From contig CAVVYZ010000009.1 in the NCBI GenBank assembly GCA_963752595.1, positions 300,038 to 364,037 of the forward strand: DNA of 64,000 nucleotides, in the 5' to 3' direction. The position numbers and the translations under genes are program-made. The notes under the pieces were generated by a model. That model was given only the letters and a program-made list of their open reading frames with translations. It was not told the origin of the DNA and did not search any database. This document shows, in pieces, positions 55,906 to 64,000 of this stretch. Source of the DNA: an uncultured delta proteobacterium. GTDB lineage: Bacteria > Desulfobacterota > Desulfomonilia > UBA1062. Every line of letters begins with the position of its first letter. Within the stretch, counting starts at the first letter, position 1.

Positions 55906-56725
55906 ATGGCGCAGAGACGGGCCGAGCTCGAGGTAAGGGGCCTGTCTCTTTCCTTCGGCGGCATACACGCCGTCAGGGATGTGGATCTTTCCGTCCATAC
56001 CGGGAGAGCTCGTGGCCGTCATCGGGCCGAACGGTGCAGGCAAGACGAGCCTCCTGAACTGCATCACCGGGTTCTACAAGGCCACGTCGGGCGATATCGT
56101 TTTCAACGGCCGGAGCATTACCCGCATGCACACCCACAAGCTCACCTCTCTGGGCATCGGCCGGACCTTCCAGAACATCGAGCTCTTCCCGGGCATGACC
56201 GTGCTCCAGAACATGCTGCTCGCCCGCCATACCCGCTCCTCCTACAACTTCGGGCTGGCCTGCCTGTTCTCTCCCTCGGTCAGGCGTGAGGAGGTCCGGC
56301 ACCATGAGATCCTCGAAGAGATCATCGATTTCCTGGAGATGCAGTCCATCCGGAAGGAGCTCGTGGGCTCGCTGCCCTACGGCATGCGCAAGCGGGTGGA
56401 GCTGGGCGGGCTCTGGCATCGGAGCCGAGCCTGCTGGTGCTCGACGAGCCTTTTGCCGGAATGACGCTGGAGGAGAAAGAGGACATGGTGCGCTTCCTCC
56501 TGGAACTGCACGACGGCTGGGGCCAGACCATGATCCTGGTGGAGCATGACATGTCCATCGTCATGAGCATCTCCGAGCGCATCATCGTGCTCAACTTCGG
56601 CGAGAAGCTCGCCGAGGGCCTGCCTTCCGAGATCCAGGACCATCCCGAAGTCATCAAGGCCTACCTCGGGGATACCACGGACCTGGACCCGGACAAAAAG
56701 GAAACGGAAGAGGTCCATGGATGGC
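55906..56725 (+). CDS. ABC ATP-binding protein, LivG-like (frameshifted; 3' end approximate)
   Basis: SFGGIHAV, GPNGAGKTS, RTFQNIELF, LPYGMRKRVEL, LDEPFAGM, VEHDM, VIKAYLG. Confidence 0.88.
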
Positions 56726-58677
56726 CGGTCATTCGCGGAAAGTCAGCGCTGGAACGCCTCGATGCGCTCGAACTCCTGCACCCTTCCCCAGGTGCTCTTG
56801 AGACAGGCCGAAGTTTTCGGGAACAGGCATACCGCCATCCGGGAAAAGGCCTACGGCGTCTGGCAGACCTATACCTGGGAAGACTACCTCCAGTACGTGA
56901 AGTACACCGGCCTCGGGCTCAAGGCCCTGGGCCTCAAGCGCCACGACCACGTGGGCATCATCATGAACAACCACCCCGAGTGGCTGTTCTCACAGCTCGG
57001 GGCACAGGCCTTCGGCGCGGTAACGCTCAACCTCTTCACCTCGGCCGTTGCGAGCGAGCTGGCCTCTGCCCTGAACCGCATCCAGGCGAGCTTTGTCATC
57101 GCCCAGGACCAGGAGCAGGTGGACAAGCTCCTGGAACAGCTCGCCAAGCTGCCCCACGTGAAGGCCATCATCTACGTGGACCCGACGGGCATGAGGGGCT
57201 ATGCGGACAACAAGCTCCTCGTCAGCTATCAAAGACCTGCTGGACCTGGGGAAAAAGCATCGATGCCGAGCACCCGGGGCTGTTCAGCGAAGAGATAGCC
57301 AAGGGAAAGCCGGAAGATACGGCCCACATGATCCTGACCTCCGGCACCACGGGCCTCTCCAAGCTCGCCATGCTCTCGCACCGGAACTACGCGGACATGG
57401 GCAGGAAATGGATCGAGGCCGCCCCGGTGGGCATCGGCACGAACTGGCTTTCCATGACGCCGCCCGCCTGGATCGTGGACCAGATGTGGGCGTTCGGCGT
57501 GGCGCTCCTGGGCGGCATGACCATGAACTTCCCCGAGACCCCCGAGACCGTGACCGCGGATTTCCGCGAGATCGGGCCCGAGCTGCTCATCTCCTCGTCG
57601 CGGTTCTGGGAGGACCTGGCCTCGAAGATCAGGGTCAAGATCGACGATGCGGGGTTCGTCAACCGCGCCATGTTCTGCCTGGCCGAGCGCATCGGGTCGG
57701 CCGTGGTGAACCGGAAGGCGAAGAAAGAGCCCGTTCCGCTTGCCTTGAAGCTCCTCCACGGCCTGGCAGCGCAGCACTGGTGTTCGACCCGCTGCTGGAC
57801 CGCGTGGGATGCTCCCGGTTCACCAGCGCCTACACCGGAGGCCACCCCATCAGCCCGGACGTGATCCGCTTCTTCCGGGCCTGCGGCCTGAACCTCAAGC
57901 AGTGCTACGGCCTCACCGAGACCTGCGGCATCTTCCAGGTGCAGCCCGACGACGAGGTGAAGCCCGAGACCGTGGGCAAGGCTCTGCCCAACACCGTTGG
58001 TCAGGATCTCCAATGACCAGGAGGTCATGGTGCTTGAGCAAGTCTGTCTTTTCCGGGTATTACAACGACTACGAGTCCACGGAAAGCACGTTCGAGAACG
58101 GCTGGTTCCTCACCGGCGACGCCGGGTACTTCGACGACGACGGCCACCTCGTGATCATCGGCCGCAAGCAGGACATCATCCGCGACAAGGAAGGGAACGC
58201 CTTCTCGCCCGGATTTCATCGAGACCAGGCTCAAGTTCTCGCTCTTATGTCAAGGAGGCCGTCATCTTCGGCGAAGGCCGGCCCTACATCACCGCGCTCA
58301 TCAACATCGACCAGGGCAACGTGGGCAACTGGGCGGAAGACGCGCATGATCCCGTACACCACCTACACGGACCTGTCCCAGCGGCCCGAGGTGGAGGGCC
58401 TCATCCTCGCCGAGGTGAAGAAAGGTCAACGAGCAGCTCCCGACTGCCCATGAAGATCCGGAAATTCATCCTGCTCTACAAGCTGCTGGATGCAGACGAC
58501 GAGGAGCTCACCCGGACCGGGAAAGTGAGGAGGCGTTTCGTGTACGGCCTGTATCTCCCCATGATCGAGGCAATGTATTCGGGCTTGAGCGAGCTGCCGG
58601 TCAAGGGCAAGGTACGATACCGGGACGGCCAGGTGGGCATGATCGAAACGATCGCCCGGGTCATCACCGTGAACTGA
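56717..58677 (+). CDS. AMP-binding acyl-CoA synthetase, long-chain-fatty-acid-CoA ligase-like (several frameshifts)
   Basis: AIREKAYGVWQTYTW, TSGTTGLSK, QCYGLTE, WFLTGDAG, ELTRTGKVRR. Confidence 0.88.
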
Positions 58678-58703
58678 TACGGTAAATTTTAGGAGCTTAA
58701 ACT

Positions 58704-59580
58704 ATGGAATTCTTCTTACAGCTGCTTATAAACGGACTGAGCATAGGGCTGCTGTACGGGCTTTCGGCACTGGGCTTTGTCATGATCTTCAAGTCGTCGT
58801 CCGTGCTCAATTTCGCCCACGGCCAGCTGCTCGCCATCGGCGCCTTCTTGTTTCTCGTCCTGGTCTCCTGGTCGAAGGTGCCTATTGCCGTCGCCTTCCT
58901 CATCACCCTGGCGGGAAGCTTCGTGCTGGGGTTCGTGGTGGAGCGGATCTTCCTGCGGCCGCTCATCGGCGAGTCACTGATCTTCGTCATCATGCTCACC
59001 GTGGGGCTGGCCTCCATGTTCAAGGGACTGCTCCTCTTCTTCTTCGGCGGCAATCTCCAGACCTACCCGGACTTCCTGCCGCCAAGCTGGCCATCCAGAT
59101 GGGCAACATCTACATCCCGCCGGTATACGTGGCATCTTCGCTCATGGGAGGGGTCTTCCTCGTGCTCTTCGGGCTTTTCTTCAAGTACTCGCCCCAGGGC
59201 ATCTTCATGCGGTCCGTTGCCGACAATCAGACCGCGGCCCTGTCTCTGGGCGTCCACGTGAAAAAGGTCTTTGCCCTGTCCTGGGCCATCGCGGCCATGG
59301 TGGCGGCATGAGCGGCATCGTGCTGGGCATCATCAACGGCATCAACGTGCACGAGATATCATCCATCGGCCTCAAAGTCTTCCCGGTGGTGATCCTGGGC
59401 GGGCTCGACAGCATCGGCGGTGCCATCATCGGCGGCATCATCATCGGCCTGCTGGAGACCTTCACCAGCGGGTACATTTCACCGTCGCTCCGGGACGTCG
59501 TCCCCTACATCGTCCTGGTCGTGATCCTTCTCATCAAACCCTACGGCCTCTTCGGGCTCGTAGAGATCGAGCGGGTATGA
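58704..59580 (+). CDS. ABC permease, LivH-like (frameshifted)
   Basis: QLLINGL, LGFVMIFKSS, NFAHG, VILGGLDS, KPYGLFG. Confidence 0.88.
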
Positions 59581-59581
59581 G

Positions 59582-60667
59582 ATGGATATGCCGGTGAGGA
59601 AGCTTACATTCCATCCCTGCGGAAACTACAAGGAGCATTACAGCCCGGGAGCTCACCATCTTCGAGACCGACTTCGGAAGAATGTGGGCGTTCATCGGGC
59701 TTATGCTGCTCTTCGGCGTCGTGCCCTTCATCACCTCGCCCTACCTGCTCTACGTCCTCAACATGACCGGCATTGCAGCCATCGCCGCGCTGGGCCTGAA
59801 CATCCTCGTCGGGTTCACGGGCCAGATCTCGCTGGGGCACGGGGCTTTCTTCGGCGTGGGCGCCTATGCAGGGGCCATCCTGGCCACCACGTTGGGCATG
59901 CCCTTCTGGGCTGCCGTGCCTGCGGCCGGGCTCGTCACCGCCTTCGTGGGCATGATCTTCGGCATCCCCTCGGGCAGACTCAAGGGCCTCTACCTCACCA
60001 TCGCCACCCTGGCGGGCCAGTTCATCATCGAGTACATCCTGGTGCACTGGGACAGCCTCACCAAGGGGACCATGGGCATCATGCTGCCCAGAGCAAGCCT
60101 GTTCGGGTTCGAGATCAACTCGGACCTCCGATTCTTCTACGTGATCTTCGTCTGCCTCACCTGTGTTACCCTCGTGGCGTCGAACCTTATGCGCACCCGC
60201 TACGGCAGGGCCTTCATCGCCATCCGGGACAACGACCGGGCGGCCGAGGGCATGGGCATCCCCATCTTCTTCTACAAGCTGCTCTCCTTTGCCATCAGCT
60301 CCTTCTATGCAGGGTTCGCCGGGGCGCTCTGGGCATACTACATGCGGAGCATCTCCACCGAGCCCTTCACGCTTGGGCCTGTCCGTGGAATACATCGCCA
60401 TGGTCATCATCGGCGGCCTGGGCAGCATCCCGGGCTCGATCTTCGGTGCGGTCTTCATCACCGGCCTCAACGAGGTCTCTGCGCTTCGCCACGGATGCCA
60501 TGATGAACTTGGCGGCCTTGAGCGGGTTCGGGCTCAATATGGCATCTCTGCGCGAGTTTGCCTTCGGCCTGGCCATCGTCCTGTTCATCCTCTTCGAGCC
60601 CAAGGGGCTTGCCGAGCTGTGGCGGATCGTCCGGTCCACCTTCAGGCTCTGGCCGTTCTCCTACTGA
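59582..60667 (+). CDS. ABC permease, LivM-like (frameshifted)
   Basis: GLNILVGFTGQISLGH, RLKGLYLTIATLA, GRAFIAIRDND, EPKGLAELW. Confidence 0.88.
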   Translation: MDMPVRKLTFHPCGNYKEHYSPGAHHLRDRLRKNVGVHRAYAALRRRALHHLALPALRPQHDRHCSHRRAGPEHPRRVHGPDLAGARGFLRRGRLCRGHPGHHVGHALLGCRACGRARHRLRGHDLRHPLGQTQGPLPHHRHPGGPVHHRVHPGALGQPHQGDHGHHAAQSKPVRVRDQLGPPILLRDLRLPHLCYPRGVEPYAHPLRQGLHRHPGQRPGGRGHGHPHLLLQAALLCHQLLLCRVRRGALGILHAEHLHRALHAWACPWNTSPWSSSAAWAASRARSSVRSSSPASTRSLRFATDAMMNLAALSGFGLNMASLREFAFGLAIVLFILFEPKGLAELWRIVRSTFRLWPFSY

Positions 60668-60678
60668 AGGGAAAAGTC

Positions 60679-61491
60679 ATGGAAAACGTGAAGACCGAAA
60701 TCCTGCTCCAGCTCAACAACATCAGCGTGGTCTACTCCGACGTCATCCAGGTGCTCAAAGGGGTCTCCCTCAAGGTGCCCAGGGGACGGATCGTCTCGCT
60801 TCCTGGGCAGCAACGGCGCGGGCAAGACCACGACCCTGAAGGCCATCTCCGGGCCTGCTGAAGCCCGAGAACGGCAAGGTGACGGACGGCGGGATCATCT
60901 ACAACGACCATCACATCCAGAACCTGTCCCCGGAAGAGATCACGCGGCTGGGCATCATCCAGGTGCTGGAAGGCAGGCAGCCCTTCAAGTATCTCACCAT
61001 CGAGGAGAACCTGAAGGTCGGCACCGCGACGCGCTGGACAAAGCCCTACAAGAAAGACCTGGAGCTCGTGTACCACTACTTCCCCGCCCTCACGAAGCGC
61101 AGGAAGACCATGGCCGGCTACTGCAGCGGCGGCGAGCTGCAGATGGTGGTCATGGGCAGGGCGCTCATGGCCCACCCCAAGCTGCTCCTGCTGGACGAGC
61201 CGTCCCTGGGCCTGGCGCCCCTGGTGGTAAGGAGATCTTCCGGATCATCAGGCGGATCAACGAGGAGCAGGGCACCACCATCATCCTCGTGGAGCAGAAC
61301 GCCAACATGGCGCTGCAGATCGCCCACTTACGGCTATGTCATGGAGAACGGCAAGATCGTGATGGAGGGCGAGGCAGAGGCCTGAAGGAGAACCCGGACG
61401 TGAAGGAGTTCTACCTGGGAGTCGGCGCTGGCGGCGCACCCGGTCGTACCGGGACGTGAAATCCTACAAGCGGCGGAAGAGATGGCTGTAA
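60679..61491 (+). CDS. ABC ATP-binding protein, LivF-like (frameshifted)
   Basis: VYSDVIQVLKGVS, Walker A NGAGKTT in a shifted frame, SGGELQM, LLDEPSLGLAP, C-terminal YKRRKRWL*. Confidence 0.88.
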
Positions 61492-61590
61492 GCTGAACGT
61501 ATAACTGCCTTTTCTTCAGCGTGAAGGTAACTTGATAGAATCTCCCGCCATTTTGCCGGGCGGCGAAGGCATTAAAAAAGGGGGCGATCT

Positions 61591-62850
61591 ATGAGTACAT
61601 ATCTCGACGATCTCGAAACCATGACCCAGCCGGAGCGTGAGAGCATATCAGGATAACCGGCTCGCTCGAAATGGTGCGGCTCGGCTATGAGCGCTCCGCC
61701 AGGCTCAGGGCAATGTTTGACGATCGCGGGCTTAAACCCTCCGATATACGGACCGTAAAGGACCTCGCCAAGCTCCCGGTCATCAACCGGGAACAGACTC
61801 GTGGAGATTGAGGCCGAAGAGCCGCCCTTCGGCGGACTGGCCGACCCGAAGCCCCATCGAGCGCATCTTCACCTCTCCCGGCCCGGTGTACGAGCCGCAC
61901 CTCGGCTCCGACGATCCGCTCTGGGCAAGGGCATACAAGGCCGCAGGGTTCGGCAAAGGCGATATCGTGCTGAACGCCTTCTCCTATCACATGGTGGCTG
62001 CAGGGCTCACCTTCCACGGCGGGCTGAACCAGGTGGGCGCCACGGTGGTGCCCTCCGGCGCCTCGGCCACCCAGCAGCAGGTCCAGCTCATAAAGGATCT
62101 GAGCGTCACCGGCTATACCGGCACCCCGAGCTTCCTCATGGCCATCATCGAAAAGGCGCGGGAGATGGGCTTCGACTTTGCAAAGGACTTCCGGGTCGAG
62201 TCGCGCGTGCTTTGCGGCAGAACCGCTCCTGCCTTCGCTTGCGGCAGCGCTTCGAGACCGAGTTCGGCATCGACACCTACCAGATGTACGGCGCCACCGA
62301 GGTGGGGGACGTGGCCTACGAGTGCCCGGAAAAGAAGGGCTGGCACATCTGCGAAGAAATCATCGTGGAGATCGTGGACCCGGCCACCGGGAGCAGCGTG
62401 AAGCCCGGCGAGCTGGGCGAGGTGGTGGTAACCAGGCTGAACCACATCTTCTTCCTCTTCCGCTTCGGCACCGGCGACCTTTCCAGCCTCATTGAGGAGC
62501 CCTGCTCCTGCGGCAGGACCTCGTACAGGCTCTCCGGGATCGCAGGCCGGGTGGGGGATGCGGTGAAGGTCCGGGGCATGTTCGTGGCGCCGAGCCAGGT
62601 GAAGAAGGTAACCGAGAGTTTCCCCGGCATAGCTGTCCAGCTCGTCATCACCCGGTCGGGCCACAAGGACATACTGACGGCCAGGGTAGATACGAAAGGA
62701 TCCGGCATCGACACTGCCGGCCTTACGTCCCGCTTCGAGAAGATTTTCCAGGAAATCTGTACCGTGAGGATAGACCAGGTGGATTTCGTCAGTCCCGGCA
62801 GCATTCCGGATGGCGCCAAGCTGCTCGTTGACGAGAGGGAGTGGAAATAA
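61591..62850 (+). CDS. Phenylacetate--CoA ligase (PaaK) family protein (frameshifted)
   Basis: DLAKLPV, FTSPGPVYEP, NAFSYH, YTGTPSFL, QMYGATEVG, IRF-type RFGTGDLS, KVRGMFV. Confidence 0.85.
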
Positions 62851-62872
62851 AAGGCATAGGCAGGGCAGCTTC

Positions 62873-63760
62873 CTAGAGGGCACAGGCCTCCTGTCCGCTG
62901 ACATAGAAATTGCTGACCTGCTTACCCATCCGGTTCATAGCCCTGTTGATGAATGGGATAAAATCTTGTGCTGCTTTTGCGTTGCCTTCTGCATTGGGAA
63001 GGCTGTCTTTCGCGTTGCCAGATGGATACCTGAGCCAGTTGGAGGCCCCGCAAAAGGTGAGAACATTATAATAGTCAAAGGCAACCACATTCCGTAAGGG
63101 GTAATTTTTCAGCCATCCGGAGTGGATGTTTTTAAGCCAGTTGTTGAAAGACCGGGCCCTCTTTCCGGTCTCATCGGCCTGGTCCTGGCCCGACTTGCCG
63201 AGAATACGCCGGAAAATCCCCTGGGCCGGTTCCGGCTTAACGATCGGGGGGGCAGTGACTGCAATGAACAGCGTTTGGGGCTCCTTCCGGAAATATTCCA
63301 GCAGGGACCGGTATGCAGCCTTATAGTCGGCAACGGTTTTCTCGGTGGAGTCCGGGTTGCCGGGCTCAGTCCCGTCAGCCTCGATCCAGTTGCTGAAATC
63401 ACCGGGCTGGAACATCACCACCTTGTTTCTGGTGCTGTCGGTGTAGAGCGTATCCTGGTACCTGGTCCTGAGGATTCTCTCCATGTGGTCACGGAATTTC
63501 CGGTTCCAGTGGCAGATATCGGTTCCCTCCCCGATCTTTGAGCCATATGCCGCTTCGTGGACAACATAGTTGTTTCGCCCAAGCAGGGGCCTTAAGCCTC
63601 CCGCGTTCGGATGCGTCTTCAGGATGCTGGATTCACCTCTCACGCCGCCCCGGTCTGCCATGAGCTGGCCTCCGACCGAATGGTGAATGAAAAGAAGGTG
63701 AACAGCGTTTCCAGGCTTGACTGCCGAATATGCCGAAAGGTCAAGTTCTATGATATTCAT
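62873..63760 (-). CDS. Hypothetical protein, possibly SGNH-like fold
   Basis: Intact 295-aa ORF with RBS; LFIHHSVG, FIAVTAPP, FDYYNVLT, DSLPNAEGN. Confidence 0.7.
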   Translation of the reverse strand: MNIIELDLSAYSAVKPGNAVHLLFIHHSVGGQLMADRGGVRGESSILKTHPNAGGLRPLLGRNNYVVHEAAYGSKIGEGTDICHWNRKFRDHMERILRTRYQDTLYTDSTRNKVVMFQPGDFSNWIEADGTEPGNPDSTEKTVADYKAAYRSLLEYFRKEPQTLFIAVTAPPIVKPEPAQGIFRRILGKSGQDQADETGKRARSFNNWLKNIHSGWLKNYPLRNVVAFDYYNVLTFCGASNWLRYPSGNAKDSLPNAEGNAKAAQDFIPFINRAMNRMGKQVSNFYVSGQEACAL

Positions 63761-64000
63761 GCCTTCCCTGTTGCAAGAACGCGGCCGCAAGATACGATAA
63801 AAACAGCATAAGGTGTGCACCCTGCTTGCTCGTGTACTGTATGCCGAGGGATGAGAGCCACTCTTTTAACCGGCTGCTCAACAACGGATGACTCTCTTTC
63901 CATAGCCGAAAGTGTGATCCGATTTTCTTTTTTGTTACCGTGGTAATTGTGACGGATCTGCCCCTGTTTTCTTCTCCCCGTTTTTTCTCCTGAATTCTTT

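Noticed and set aside
56437-57864. ABC ATPase-acyl-CoA ligase fusion (475-aa ORF)
   Set aside because: The middle of the ORF is out-of-frame sequence; it is a product of compensating indels in a frameshift-rich patch.

Overview
A 64-kb chromosomal segment of a moderately GC-rich anaerobic bacterium, deltaproteobacterial/syntroph-like by gene content (inference). Many conserved genes are split by 1-nt indels in patches, most likely long-read assembly errors. Contents in order: a minus-strand argB-argD-argF-argG-argH-lipoprotein-lysA-dapA-dapB-FAH-folK-(REC/PAS/HK) cluster; a NarX/NarL-type two-component pair; gdhA; a PEP/pyruvate-binding-domain protein; a signalling/stress region with kaiC-kaiB-kaiB-hybrid kinase and a cold-shock gene; hisS-aspS-LysM-(Re)-citrate synthase-icd; accessory genes (ndk, uppP, truncated ndh, cadC/cadA, GYD, BON, hemerythrin, two radical SAMs); and a Liv-type ABC transporter/acyl-CoA ligase/phenylacetate-CoA ligase operon. 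The strongest finding lies in front of that last operon and is missed by the ORF track. It is a complete ribosome-mediated attenuator (54302-54451): leader peptide MKNITISTSFFFFFV with five consecutive Phe codons, plus protector, antiterminator and terminator helices. It predicts induction by Phe starvation, so the operon is probably an anabolic aryl-acid (phenylacetate) salvage route to Phe rather than a catabolic one. No rRNA, tRNA, CRISPR array or transposase was seen.
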